Assembly (NCBI RefSeq): GCF_036321535.1
Contig: NC_087436.1
Coordinates: 15,934,001 to 15,998,000 of the forward strand
Source: Camelus dromedarius
Taxonomy: Eukaryota
DNA length: 64,000 nt
Reading direction: 5' to 3'
The position numbers and the translations under genes are program-made. Position 1 is the stretch's first letter. Every line of letters begins with the position of its first letter. The notes under the pieces were generated by a model that did not search any database, was not told the DNA's origin, and was given only the letters and a program-made list of their open reading frames with translations. Below are positions 35,901 through 49,213 of this stretch, piece by piece.

Positions 35901-37102
35901 GCAAGAATGTGTTGTGTATGTCATGAGGAAAGGGTAGTTAATAGTTAATAATTTTGTTTACCTTTTACCCATGTGCATGTGCACCTGTGATCCAAAAAGC
36001 CCTGTGGATCTTCTTTTGTTATTATCTCCTACCATCCTCTTATATATACTAGGGCTCAATAAAGGTTTCTTGAATGAAGATTCAGTGTATTATATATGTT
36101 GTAATAATACAGGTTACAGGAGCAAACAGTTCTAGCACTGATAAGCTGTAATTATGCCTATACCTTCTGCTGGTGTTACCCTGTTTTTTTGAGAGGTGTT
36201 CCCATTGAAACACTGGTGGCAGTCGCATAATTGTGACTATAGTAATCCTCGATGGGATAAGAAAACTATAAACCTTTTGACGTTAATAATCACAGCACTC
36301 TCTTTTATACTTTTCCTTTTAATTTATGTTTTCCTTTTAGTTGGGTTACAGGCTAAGCGTGATATGGACATGTTCACAGTGCTGAATTCGTAGTAGTCTC
36401 TCATATATAACATACAAGTGGAATGAATGGATGTATGGATGGATGAACTGGAACTTTCAGATCATTTGTGATCAGTTCAATTTTGAAAATTATGGTTGAC
36501 CTTTAGGGAAGGATTGGACCTTTCTTTTTAATTGCTAAAAGAATTTGAATTCTATAGCTTAGTAAGAAAAAGATTTAGTAGCTTTTATATGGAGCTACTG
36601 TTATATGTAACATATATAACATATAAGTATATAATATGCATAATATATAAAGTGAACATAATTGATATTTTTTATCTCTGCTGAGGATAAATCATGGGGA
36701 AATGGGTTTTTATCTCATTTGAAACAATGTATTACATAGTGCACAAAGCACTTCCCAAGGGTACATACTTAGATCCTAGTAAAATTATAGAGGTCAGTAG
36801 AATAGTGTATTCTTTTCCTATATTATATATCTTTAAAAATAGGCTAAATAGTTATGTTCTTGTTGTTGTTTGATGGCATGCCACCTGTTAGCATTAAGAT
36901 TAGCTGTAATTTTTTAAGTATTTAGATTTTAGTTATTGACTTATGTTTTATTTATCATTTTATGTGATAAAGATATAGGAAAATTATCTTGTTGCATTAT
37001 ATAAACCATGTATTTGAAAAATTAAATATTTTTATTTTATGTTCTATATGCTCTGTTCATTTGTTGGAGCATATTTTGACTGCTTGTATGTTTTTCATTT
37101 AG

Positions 37103-38164
37103 GTCACTTTTGAAATACACAAAGAAAACCTTGCCAATATATTTAGGGAACACCGGGGACAAATTAATGAAGAAATAGGACAGTGTTCTTCAAGTCCAAT
37201 TCAAGCAGTCTCTGGCATTAGCAGGGGTGTTAATGTTTCAGTAGGACCCCAGCAGTCAGATACAAAGGATTCTCCCTTGTCTTCTCATATCACCGGAAAT
37301 GGTGATGAAAAGTCAAGTGTTGAGAAGACAAGTTCAGTAGAGTCTGCATCCAGCGTTGAACTGCAAACTTATAATACATCTCATGAAGAAAGGAAAACTG
37401 GGCAAGAAAATGAGGAGCTACTGGATGAAGTCCCTTTAGAAGAAACACTGACAAATGAAACAGTTAATACAGGTGATTTAGAAGTATCTTCTGACATAAT
37501 AGAAGCTGCGACTGTTTCCTCTAATTCTTTTAAAACAACTGACAAAGATACAATGACTGTCAGTGAAGTAACTGCTTCCATAAGTTCTCCTTCAGAAGAG
37601 GATGCTTCAGAGGTGCCAGAATTACTGGATAAGTTAATAGTAGAGGAAGAAGATGATGACGATTATGTAGAACTGAAGGTAGAAAGTAGCCCTACTGAGG
37701 AAGCCAGTTTGCCCACAGAGCTCCAGGATAATCGTTTGTCTCCAGCTGCATCTGAAGCCAGTGAAAGACTCAATGTGTTTAGTAATGACCACAAATTAAT
37801 ATTTCAAGAAGAACCTGTAAGTAAGAAGCAAACTGACATTGACACTCAAGACCCTAAAGATTCTGGCATCTTGACAATGACAGCATCGGGGTCTTCAGCT
37901 ACCTCACCAGGCACTACTGCTTCCCAGACAACTGACCAGTCAGACTTTGGTCAGATGCTGGAGGAAGGGGAGAAAACAGCTGACGTTGCTGGAGAAACCA
38001 AACTAATTAGTGAGTCTCATGGTAACATACTCGAGTCTCCTACTACTTCTGAGCAGAGGATTGCTAAGTTGGATGTTTCCAGTGTTGCTACAGATACTGA
38101 GAGACTGGAATTGAAGGCTAGTGGAAACATGGAAGCATCTCAACCTCATCAACCTGTGCTTGAG
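37103..38164 (+). CDS. LRBA: LRBA large coding exon (window exon 9, 1062 nt), acidic Ser/Thr/Glu-rich linker
   Basis: catttag|GTC; VTFEIHKENLANIFRE...EEEDDDDYVELKVE...QPHQPVLE; GAG|gtgatt; 354 open codons, in frame with ORF 37277..38215; phase 0 to 0. Confidence 0.95.
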
Positions 38165-38329
38165 GTGATTATATTTATTGTCTTCTTGAAATGTATTTGC
38201 ATTGATTTAAAATAGAACAAGTGTATATACTTACATTTTATTCTGTTTTGGAGTTGGTTCATATCCTATTTACAATTACATAAATGCAATGTAGATATAT
38301 ATATATATATTTTTTTTTTGCATCTTTAA

Positions 38330-38546
38330 CACCTTTTTATAATTGAAGTATAGTTGATTTACAGTGTTTCAGGTATACAGCAAAGTGATCCCATTATACA
38401 TGGATATAAATATACTTAAGATTCTTTTCCATTATAGGTTGTTACAAGGTATTGAATATAGTTCCCTGTGTTCCCTGTTGTTTGCATGTTTTATATGTAG
38501 TATTTGTATCTGCTAATCCCAAACTCCTAATTTATCCCTCCCCCCC
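38330..38546 (-). mobile_element. Artiodactyl-type L1 3' end fragment
   Basis: aattgaagtatagttgatttacagtgtttcaggtatacagcaaagtga...gattcttttccattataggt...ctaatcccaaactcctaatttatccc. Confidence 0.8.
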
Positions 38547-39404
38547 AAAGATTCTGTTTCTTATCTTGAGCACAGACTTGACTTTTGTATGAGTTTGTTA
38601 AATGGTAGCTTTTATTGTTATTTTCACAACAGTATCATAAAAAGTTACTACTTTCAAGTTTCAGCATTATCATATTTTTACCTTGTTAAGCAAACATTGG
38701 AAATACTTGCCTTTTACCCTTTATTTAATAACTCAGTCACAGTTATCACATTGGTTTTCCAGCAAAACCTAGGACCACCTTCCTGCAGAACCATCTGCTA
38801 GTGTATAACCTTATATACAAAGTATATGGTTTAAAGTTGTTCCATGGGGTCTGTTTACTTTTGTAAGAGGGGGGCACCCGTGTGAGACCCAGAGGTCCAG
38901 CTTTCTCCCTTGCTGGTACCTCAGAGTGTTTATGACTCAGTGGCTGGTTGCATGTTGTCATTTCCCACTTCATTCAATTCTTCCTCCTTTCTTTTTCATT
39001 GGTTTATTCTTTATTCTGTTGTCTTTATTTTTTAGTTTTTCTTAATTCCAGCCAATTTATAATCTAGATATGGCCTTTCTTTCATGCCAGTATTCAAAAC
39101 CAAGAACTTAATAAAATGCTACATTACCTGGTGATAATACTAACATGGTCCAAGCCAATCACTACTGAATTGTGGTAGTTCAGCATTTTTATAACTTTAC
39201 TTTAAATGTTTTAATAATGTATTAATGTTATTACTCCTTGATAATTTTTCTCTAATTTGGTTCCTTAGTATCTATGGTTCCTTACTTAGTGTATGTGTAT
39301 TAGTATTTAATAGATGAATTGGGTAGAAGCTATACAATTATATACCCATGCCTTCCATTGAAGTTGAACTTGATTTTATTACTCTTTTAAATTGTTTCCG
39401 TTAG

Positions 39405-39580
39405 ATGTCAAGGCAGCAGGAGCAGCCAGGGCAAGGAATTGCACCAGACGCAGTTAATGGGCAAAGGAGGGATTCCAGATCTGCGTTTCGTATTCCTGAG
39501 TTCAAATGGTCTCCGATGCATCAGCGTTTGCTCACTGATCTCTTATTTTCAATAGAAACAGATATACAGATGTGGAGAAG
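39405..39580 (+). CDS. LRBA: LRBA coding exon (window exon 10, 176 nt)
   Basis: ccgttag|[14 protein letters not shown]...[31 protein letters not shown](S); AG|gtttgt; phase 0 to 2. Confidence 0.94.
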
Positions 39581-40425
39581 GTTTGTCCGTATATTTATTA
39601 TGGTAGCTCTGTATAGATTTTAGTCTTTGTTTTCAAAGAAATTTATACATTTAACGTTTTGTAAGTAATTTCAGTCATTGGATTGAAAAATAGAGTATAA
39701 ATTATTTCTATCATAGGGTTTTATTGAATTAACGTTCATTCTTTGTTATAAAAATGAGCTACCATATTTGGATTGCAAGAATTTGAAAATCAATTATTTT
39801 TCTTTTAAAAAATTTGCTGAAAGTCTTCTGTAGCATATTTTATAGCATATAATATGCCCAAATGGGTTTATTCCTAGAAGTACTAAACAAAATTGGGATT
39901 TATTTAAAACATCTAATTTTCCAATGTATTTTTGGTAGAAAAAGTCTGTTTTTCAGATTATCCTTCATTGTTTGATTTGTGATTTTAAAAAACCTAATTT
40001 GTTTATTGTTGTTTATATGCTACTCTTATTTTGTTTAAAAATGTGCTTTATGACATTATCTAAGAAAGTGTTACTAGAAAATTCATTTTTAATAGTACCT
40101 TTAGCACTATTTACCTCTTAACTTTTGCTACATGACTTCTTAATTTTGTTCCTACATAAAAATAGTTTAGTTCAACTTTTATATCAAGTGTAAGTTGAAT
40201 CCTATTAATGGTTCAACACTGAGAAAGGGTGTGGATAGTAACTACTGATATGAATGGTCTACATCTTCTGAGGAAGTATACACCCCCCAAAATGCCTGCT
40301 GCATCATTATCTTTCCTCAGCTTTCAAGATGAAGCAAAAGCACCTTATCCTCCCTCCCCTGAAGTAGGCAAAGTGTGATTTCCTTTCTTTAGCTTTATCA
40401 GTAAACATCATTTATCTTTGGACAG

Positions 40426-40579
40426 CCATTCAACAAAGACAGTTATGGACTTCGTGAATAGCAGTGATAATGTCATCTTTGTACACAACACAATTCATCT
40501 CATCTCTCAAGTGATGGACAATATGGTCATGGCTTGTGGGGGTATACTGCCATTGCTTTCAGCTGCTACATCGGCTACA
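40426..40579 (+). CDS. LRBA: LRBA coding exon (window exon 11, 154 nt)
   Basis: ggacag|[55 protein letters not shown]|gtaagg; phase 2 to 0. Confidence 0.95.
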
Positions 40580-40987
40580 GTAAGGACATAACTACTATAT
40601 AAAATTGGTGTGAAAACATGACTTATGCATTTTTTATTGATTAAAACTTGAATGTGGTAGTTACTATGAATCATAGGTTCTATAATTCAAAAGCAACAGA
40701 ATCTTTTACAATTACCTGAAAGGACCTTAGAATCTGTTCCAGGAATCAAAGGACTAAAAAGAATGTTGAATTCTTAGGGATGAGTCAGCTAGTGAGAAAT
40801 ATGATTGACAGTATTTCACCTGTATGTACGCCTCTTTTTTTAGATGAAATGATAATGAAATCACTCTACTGAACTAGATTTCTGAAAGCCTGGCTTTTTA
40901 TAAAATTTAGAAATTTGGGGAATGTGTCTCATAAAATTGGATTTTTGGCAGAATATAGATGTAAATGTCAAACTTTATTCCTTACAG

Positions 40988-41168
40988 CATGAGCTGGAGA
41001 ATATTGAACCTACTCAAGGCCTTTCAGTAGAAGCCTCTGTGACATTTTTGCAGAGACTAATCAGTCTTGTGGATGTGCTTATATTTGCAAGTTCTCTTGG
41101 CTTTACTGAAATTGAAGCTGAAAAAAATATGTCATCTGGAGGAATTTTGCGGCAGTGTCTCCGACTGG
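40988..41168 (+). CDS. LRBA: LRBA coding exon (window exon 12, 181 nt)
   Basis: cttacag|[63 protein letters not shown](V); G|gtgagc; phase 0 to 1. Confidence 0.96.
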
Positions 41169-41449
41169 GTGAGCTGTTAAAATCCATTACTTAGGAATTT
41201 ACTTAAAATTTTTTCAGTAATCCAGACATACTAAATTGAATATTTTCTTTCTCCTGTTGGTGGGAAAATGTGTGCTAGGCAATTTGTCTTTTGCTACTTT
41301 TTAACCTCCAAAGAATGGAGAGCTGTATCTGTACTATGCTATAGTAGTGGTTGTGAAGTTGCATAGAGGAGAAAGGACATTGTTTGAAAATTCTGCTAGG
41401 TTGATTCTGGTTGGCATTACCTCCCCTGCCCCATCTTTTTTTTGCTTTA

Positions 41450-41620
41450 AAGTAATGCTTCCCATACTTTAAGATGATTCATACACATAAATGACCAGAG
41501 TGTCTTGTTAAAATGCTGATTAGATTATATGAGTCTGGGATGAGGCCTAAGATCGTCTCTCTCGCATGTCCCAGGTAACGTTGATGCTGCTTCTCTTACA
41601 AACACACTTGAGTAGCAAGG
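41450..41620. mobile_element. MER5A-like hAT MITE
   Basis: tcttgttaaaatgctgatt...gtctgggatgaggcctaaga...cccaggtaacgttgatgctgc...cacacttgagtagcaagg. Confidence 0.7.
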
Positions 41621-42493
41621 TTCTAAACTAGCATCATTCAAGATCAGCCTTTATTCACACATGTTATGATAATTTGTTGAAGCAGTTAATAAAATTATTA
41701 AATCTCTGTTCTTCTCCTGGAAGCAGTTTGTCCTTAGGTAAAAGTTGAAATAAATGAAATGAATTTTTAGTAATATCTGAACTTTCTTCAGTGAAGCAAG
41801 ATAATTTTTCTCTCTGCAGCAAATTTCCTTTAACTAATTGTAAATACTGAGACTTTGTTAATGATTTACTTATTAACTTGAGAGAAGTAGGTGTAGGGAG
41901 GGGGACCAAGAAATGGAAGCAAAATCTTTAGGTACCTTGGCCATAGGAAGACAGATCAGAAATAAGGCACCTATGAAAATACAATATCAGCAGTTGAAAA
42001 TCTAATTAGTTAATGAAATATTTTCCCATATTTAGCAAGAGTATCTGTTATATAAACAGATGTGCTTGTACTTAGATTCTTTTGGTGCAATAATTATTTT
42101 CACTGAAAATGCTATTCAGAGTACGTAGGATACTCTAAAGAGCTTGGTATACTATTTTTAGAAAGTTGTTTTAAAATTCTCATTGAGAGAGATTCAAATG
42201 GTGAGTACAACCAAACAAAAGCTGTTATTTATTGACTACAGTCATTTGTCATTATTGCTGATTTTCACAGTGAGCCTGCAACCATTTTCTTTCATTCAAT
42301 TATTTTATTCAGTTCTATATTCTTCCTTTTATTCATGAGGGAATTTGAGATCAGAGAAGTTAGGAAACTTACTGAAAATTCAAAAGCTATAAATCTGTCA
42401 AGTTGGAATTTAAATATAGTTTAACTAGTGTTCCCTACACTTTCTATTATAGAATACAGCCTTAAACTTTGTATCAGTAATATACTTAAAATG

Positions 42494-42536
42494 TTTAGAA
42501 TCCATTGCTTTTATATTTAGAATCCATTGCTTTTAT
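42494..42536. repeat. 22-bp-period tandem duplication
   Basis: TTTAGAATCCATTGCTTTTAT at 42494-42514 and 42516-42536. Confidence 0.9.
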
Positions 42537-43730
42537 GTATGCCATTTGTAAACCTTTCCACTTTCCTACAAAGAGTACATTTTTAGAATCCAAATGTTTT
42601 GATCCTGAGGCTGAGGGTGAGAAGGTAGGATGGCAACAGTAAGAATAAGTTGTACTACTGAGAGTGATTGATATTTGGCCATCTGCTGTGGTTTTTGAGC
42701 TTGTAATGTGGATGCAAACCTGATTTTATACAACCTGTGACAAACGTAGTAGAAAAATTATTTTCCTGGGCCTGATTCCAAATTTGACAGAGTTGTGTTG
42801 CATATTCTCTCTCCCTCCCCCTTCTTTACTATGTTCCTTCCTTCCTTTTCTCCAGCTTCTTTTACTCTTTTGGCACCTTTCTGAACACTTTCCCTTTTCA
42901 ATTCTGTGCCTGCTAAGCATATGATAGTCTGATGGTACTTAGAGTTCCCACTTAAGTTTGCTACTTTGTTCCTAATTTGCTCTCCCATTCTAGTTGAGTT
43001 CAGATACCTTCAGTGTTACCAATTTGTTTGGGAATTGAGATGATTGCATGATAGAAAGCAATTCGTGATCAATTATGTATTACCTGTTTTGTCATTTAAA
43101 ACTCAACAACTTGTAAGTAACCTGAGTTAACTGCCTGATTAGTGAGCTGTTTAGAGAGGTAATTGTGGACTGTACATTAATCACAGTCTCTTTTCTGTTG
43201 CCTATTTTTCAAATAGTTTTAATGAAAGCCAGTAAGAGGTAGACCCTATAAATAGTCCTTTTAATGCTATACCCCTATCATTCTCTGTTAGTAATGATAA
43301 ACATTATAAGAAAAACTTGCAAGTTTCTAGTTTAACTATTTTACTTTAATGAAGGTAACAGAGGGTTATTATCCTGGACTAGTTGATGGCAGTGTGATTT
43401 ACTTTCTTTATTCTTACACCTTTTTTTCAATTCTTTTTTTCCCCTATCTTTTCCTCCTTAAAAGATCATTTCATGTAGCTAAGATGAGATCTGAGAAACA
43501 GTAGAGTGTTTATTAAGATTATTGAACTTGTTTTCTGTTAGCAGTGGACCCTAATAGGGTAGCTAACAGTCGCAAAACAGACAGGTGATAAAGTCCAGGG
43601 ACATTTTAGGAATTTGCTGAAGGTAATCTGTTTCAAAGATGATCTTATGTAACTTGTATAGATGATTTTTATCAGTTCCATAATCTTAAATGCAATTTTT
43701 TTCTTGCCCAATTTTTTCCTTAAATTACAG

Positions 43731-43858
43731 TGTGTGCAGTGGCAGTAAGGAATTGTTTAGAGTGTCAGCAGCATTTACAGCTGAAAAGTAGAGGTGATAC
43801 AGCTAAAGGCCAGAAAACAATACCCAGCCTGATTCCCATGGGGAAATCTGCAGCAAAG
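43731..43858 (+). CDS. LRBA: LRBA coding exon (window exon 13, 128 nt)
   Basis: attacag|TG; CAVAVRNCLECQQHLQLKSRGDTAKGQKTIPSLIPMGKSAAK; AAG|gtaagc; phase 1 to 0. Confidence 0.95.
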
Positions 43859-44076
43859 GTAAGCGTACAGAATAATTAATTCAAGTTTAAAAATTGCTCT
43901 CTTATTTTATGATTAAGATCTTAAATATATTTGTCCATTTCAACATAAAGTTAAGTAAATCTGACAGAGGTCTTAAAATAATTATCTTAGTCTGGGGACA
44001 TAACCTTCAATGTTTGTGTTTAAATATACAGTAAGTAAAGATTTGCTTATACTTAATCTTGTCTGTTTTTCTTTCT

Positions 44077-44688
44077 TTTTTTTTTTTATTGAGTTATAGT
44101 CAGTTTACAATGTTGTGTCAATTTCCAGTGTAGAGCACAATTTTTCAGTTATACATGAACATACATATATTCATTGTTGCATTCTTTTTCACTGTGAGCT
44201 ACCATCAGATCTTGTATATATTTCCCTATGCTATACAGTATAATCTTATTTAACTATTCTACACATACCTGTCGGTATCTACAAATTTCGAACTTCCAGT
44301 CTGTCCCTTCCCACCCTCCTCCCTCATGGCAACCACAAGTTTGTATTCTATGTCTTAGAGTCTGTTTCTGTTGTGTATTTATGTTCATTTGTCTTTTTCT
44401 TTTTTCTTTAAGATTCCACATACGAGCGATCTCATATGGTATTTTTCTTTTTCTGGCTTACTTCACTTAGGATGACATTCTCAAGGGACATCCATGTTGC
44501 TGCAAATGGCGTTGTCACTTTTATGGCTGAATAGTATTCCATTGTATAAATATACCACATCTTCTTTATCCAGTCATCTGTCGATGGACATTTAGGCTGT
44601 TACCATGTTTTGGCTATTGTAAATAGTGATGCTATGAACATTGGGGTGCAGGTGTCTTTTTAAAGTAGGGTTCCTTCTGGTTATACGT
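44077..44688 (-). mobile_element. Relatively young 5'-truncated L1 (3'UTR plus ORF2 C-terminus)
   Basis: T-tract then tattgagttatagtcagtttacaatgttgtgtcaatttcc...catccatgttgctgcaaatggc...gatggacatttaggctg...gctatgaacattggggtgca. Confidence 0.88.
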
Positions 44689-44955
44689 TTTCCATGTTTA
44701 GTTTCCTTGTGTCCATGTTACCTTGTCTTTCAGATAAGTCAGTTTGTATTTCATGTACTTGGTGAGTCAGCACGCAGTTTCTTTTTTCCTTCATGACTGC
44801 TTGCTACACCTCCCACCTCTATCCTGGCATCCAAAAAACTGAAGAGAGAAAGAAGTAGGAAAATAAACTGAGGAAAACAGTATTATAGCCTATGGAATAC
44901 GTGTTTATTTTTAAAAATGTCTGTGTAATGTACATTTTTTTTTTGTCTTAATTAG

Positions 44956-45063
44956 AGTCCACTGGACATTGTAACTGGTGGTATGTCTCCAGTAAGAGAT
45001 TTTGACAGGCTTCTGCAAGACATGGATATTAATCGGCTTAGAGCAGTTGTCTTCAGAGACATA
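44956..45063 (+). CDS. LRBA: LRBA coding exon (window exon 14, 108 nt)
   Basis: aattag|[42 protein letters not shown]|gtaagt; phase 0 to 0. Confidence 0.95.
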
Positions 45064-45289
45064 GTAAGTTACTGTATTTCTTTTACAAAATATATCAGCT
45101 AATAGCATATTTCCTCATAGGCCCGAAGAGTGAATACTCGTTGTGATATAAAATAGTCGAGTAGAGATAGGAGGGCCTAGATGCAAGTTCTCTTGACAGT
45201 AATTTTAGAATCTTAGAATATCGGAAAGTATTAATTATATAATTGGAGCTAATATATCAGAGTAAAGATACTAAAAAGAATAACACATT

Positions 45290-46890
45290 ATTACATAGTA
45301 AGCACTGTAAGTGCTTTATATGTTCTCATTAGTTCCAACAACGTCTTGAGTCGTGTACTTTTGTAATTCCCATTTTATAAATGAGGAATTAGAGGCACAG
45401 AGAGTGCGACTAACTTGTTCAAGCCAATGGAACTAGTAAATGATAGGATTCAGACCCAGCGATCTATGCTCTGAAAGTTTTGTATGATATGAAAGTATAT
45501 GATGAAATGTGTGGTGTTTTTAATTTTTTAAAGATGAAAAATAGTTTTATTTTAGCTAGTTTGATATATAATATGGCAGAGTCTGGTGCAGAAAATGTAA
45601 CATTATTTAAGAAAGTATAAAGATGAGAATAAAAATCACTTGTGATCCTACTCGCTGGGATTTGGAGTATTCTCATTCATATTTATTGAACACTTGCTGT
45701 GTGTTACGTTTTGGCTGCTCAATATTACATATAAGTTTTTTAAAAAATATAAACTTTATAACTTCCATTTTAAATTCTCCCTCCTCTTTCTCCAGTGCTT
45801 TAGTCCTCTCTTGATTCTTCACTGTTTTATACATGTATACAATTTAATAGTAGTTACAGATAATACTTATTAGCTATAATTACCATTATTGCACACTTAC
45901 AGCATATTAAGCATAGAACTGGATGCTCTATTTGTATTACCTCATTTAATTCACAGAATAATCCTATAAGAAAAAAGCACTATTAGCTTAAATAATCGCC
46001 TTAAGATCACACAAGTATTAAGAGGTAGAAGTGGGTTAAGGACCTTGGGAATCTGATTCTTGGGATTTCGATCTTAACCGTTATGCTATACTGCCTCACT
46101 TGACCTCACTTTTTTGCTTTTTGGTTGCTATTATTGAGAATTATTATTCTTATTAATTAAGAAATATTATTTCTTACTAATTAAGAGACCATCAACTTTT
46201 GTTTTTTTCTGCACCCAGTGACTGGTTCATTTTGGGACCAAATATTGCTTCCTTTTCTCCCCACTCTCTTTTCTTGAGCAGGTGTTGTCTGTTGCCCTAT
46301 AACTTTGTATTTCCTAGAGTGATCTTTAAAAATCTAGAATAAATGACATACCTCTTTGGCTTTAAAACTTCTGTAATGGCTTTCCATAGCATTTAAAATG
46401 AAATAAAAACTCCTCACCCTGGCTCTATACAATTTGGCTCTTTCAAATGTTCTAATAATTTATTACATCACAGTATTTGGACAGAGAATCAGAGTGTCTC
46501 CTCTGTCTACCTTATCATTTCTGACATTAACAAATAATTTTAATTTTTTGGTAATTGTGAAAGTTACATAATCACCTTATAGAAGTTTTCAAAAAGAGAA
46601 AAGACCATATTTTCCAAACAATATCCCAGAGGCGCTTCTAGCATAAGCAAACTTTGAAGAAAAAAGAAATGACCTAAGACTGGGGATATAAAAAAATTAG
46701 TACCCTGAGGTTAAGAGTTAAGGTTTTTAATCACTCTAATGCTAGTTCAGATTTGCTTTTTCATTTACTGTATGCCCTTAGGCAACTTACTTAACTTCTC
46801 TAAGCCTCATGTTGTGTGAACAGGTTAATGAATGTATATGAAGTACATAGCACAATGCCCGACTCATAGTAAGTATTCAATAAATGACAG
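45290..46890. mobile_element. Cluster of MIR/L2 remnants (approx. 45290-45480, 45880-46095, 46300-46440, 46700-46890)
   Basis: cccattttataaatgaggaa..gaggcacagagag; cctcatttaat..cacag; ggcaacttacttaacttctctaagcctc; tagcacaatgcccgactcatagtaagtattcaataaatg. Confidence 0.6.
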
Positions 46891-48210
46891 TTTCAATTGA
46901 AAACAAATTTGTTTCAGGAGTTAGGACCTATGGGATATTTTTTATGGGCACAGATCAGGCATACGCTATAAACTTCATACTGTAGTTAGTAAACATTGAA
47001 CATATTAATGGGCTAATTAAGGATTTGGATAGGCATACATAATTTATAATGAATTAAGAATACCAAGTAAGTTATATGCCTACATTTTTAATGTCGATAT
47101 CGTTAGTAGCAGTTACTGTAATAGATGTAGGATTGCATAGCAGAGGAACACAGGCACTTCTGGAGGAAAGAGATGGTTAATAAAAAAGGAAAAATACACA
47201 TTTGTCTTTTCCCTCAAGACTAATATACATGAACCTAAAAAGTACCTAAGATTTTTGTCAGATTATAAACATGTCTGATAATTCTATCAAGTGGTTATGC
47301 AGGTAGAACCTGAAATCTCATTTTTTCCTGTGAAGTTGTATCTAAAACTTTTCATACTCATTAATTGTTAACTTTTAGTTTCATTTGTACCACTTGTTTC
47401 CTTTTATTTATCTGCTAGGCAACAATGTTCTTTGTTTTCTTCATCTTAAATTTATCTGCTAGTTGGGGCACCGTTAGTTTGCAGTATTTAATGGATGAAT
47501 TTGAGTTTCTCCTTTAAATTAATTAAGTTCCAAGCTGTTTTGAAAAGTTACCAAAATTAGTGATGTGTTAGGATTCCTTGGAAAATGGGGAATTTCACTA
47601 GATGAAGAGATCACTGATACACAGATATGCAGGTGATCTGTAGAGCTGAGACGAAGCCAGGATCTTTCTAGAGGTCAATCTAGTTTGCCTCTTTATTTGC
47701 TGGCAAACACTGTAGTTTCAATCCTGGGTGCGTGGTTGTCTGTACTATTTTAAAATACTCTTGAGGATTTCTTTGGCATCCAGTTCTGTGTCTGATAACC
47801 TTACTTTTTTTATCTTGAGTGTTTTATCTTTTAGAAAAACTGTTACTGTGATTTTTTAAAAACATTTTAATTCTTATGGTTAGAAGTAAACATAATTATT
47901 CATTTATAATGATAATTGCTATTTGATTAATCTTATAAAGTATATTAGGACATATCTCTTCAGGTTGAGTCACTTAATTTAAGAAAATGAACCACATTCT
48001 CTCTCTCCATGTTTTACAAGCATAAAACTTCACGTTTACAGGCATTTTTCCAAAAGCCTTTGCCTAATCTTTGCTTGGATGAATTTATTACTATTTTCTG
48101 TGTATATTGAAAGATTTGTTAATGTGTTTTGTATTTAATATTGTCAGGTAAAATGAGTTAAAATGTGTTATTTAATAGTGGCATGATCAATTCATTTTCT
48201 TTTCCCCCAG

Positions 48211-48370
48211 GAGGACAGCAAACAAGCTCAATTTTTAGCCTTGGCAGTTGTATACTTTATCTCTGTTCTTATGGTCTCGAAGTACAGAGACATTTTGGAA
48301 CCCCACAATGAAAGGCATAGCCAGTCATTTAAGAAATCTGGTAGTGAAAGTGGAAATTTATCACTCCCTG
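48211..48370 (+). CDS. LRBA: LRBA coding exon (window exon 15, 160 nt)
   Basis: ttcccccag|[57 protein letters not shown]|gtaagt; phase 0 to 1. Confidence 0.95.
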
Positions 48371-48900
48371 GTAAGTTTCCATGTTTTATTCCCTAACATC
48401 CAAAGTTCAAATAAAACATTACCTACTTATGATTTAGTTAAGATACTCTTTCTGGAATTTAAATCCATTTATGTATAAAGTGAGAGCATTCATTTGTTTT
48501 TATTAGTAACTAAATATTTTAAGTACCATGTAGTTAATTGCAATTGGGAGATAATTTCTTTTATGAGCCATCTAATTGAAAGATAAGTGAAAAAATGTTA
48601 TTCTTCACAAATAAAGTAGTAAACATTTTTATTTACCTTAGCATTTGTTGTGGAGAAAAAGTAACTTATATTTTCTTATTAGAGACAGATTTGTTGACAA
48701 ATAACTGTAATGATTGAAGTAGCTGCCAGTTATAAGATGTACAGTTAGAGAAGCAGCCGTTGTAGTTGTAGAAGTAGCTCCTTCCCAGCAGAGGTGATTT
48801 GCTTATCCAGTATGTGTTCATTCAGTGCCTGCTAGATACTTGTTCACTATGAACAAAGGAAGAAGTCTGCCCTCATGGAGCTTATGTTCTAGTGAGTGGA

Positions 48901-49150
48901 TTTTTTTTGTTTTTGTTTTTGTTTTTGTTTTACTTGTGGAAAAATAAATCACACTTTATTTTAACATATGCTGGTAGAAGCAGCACTTACAGCATTAAAA
49001 CAAGTCTTTTAACAGCCTGGATCATGTGGAAGATGACCTAAGATTGTGGTGGATTGCACAATAATGTCCTAACCGCCCCCCCCAAACAACCGCAACACAA
49101 CAACAAAAAGGACAACAGCAACAACGAAAACAGGAGTCAGAATTGATTTA
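48901..49150 (-). pseudogene. Candidate retrocopied mRNA 3' end with (A5C)n tail; far boundary uncertain
   Basis: Interrupts an L2 fragment. Minus strand ends ...AATAAA-23 nt-(AAAAAC)n-A8. Parent unknown. Confidence 0.5.
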
Positions 49151-49213
49151 TGTTTCTGAAATTAACACTTGGGATTGTTTTAAGACTGTGCCCTACAGGG
49201 CAAGGAAAACCAG

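Noticed and set aside
37277..38215. 312-aa ORF as a stand-alone gene
   Set aside because: It is the large internal LRBA exon (37103-38164) read from an internal TTG and running into the intron past GAG|gt.
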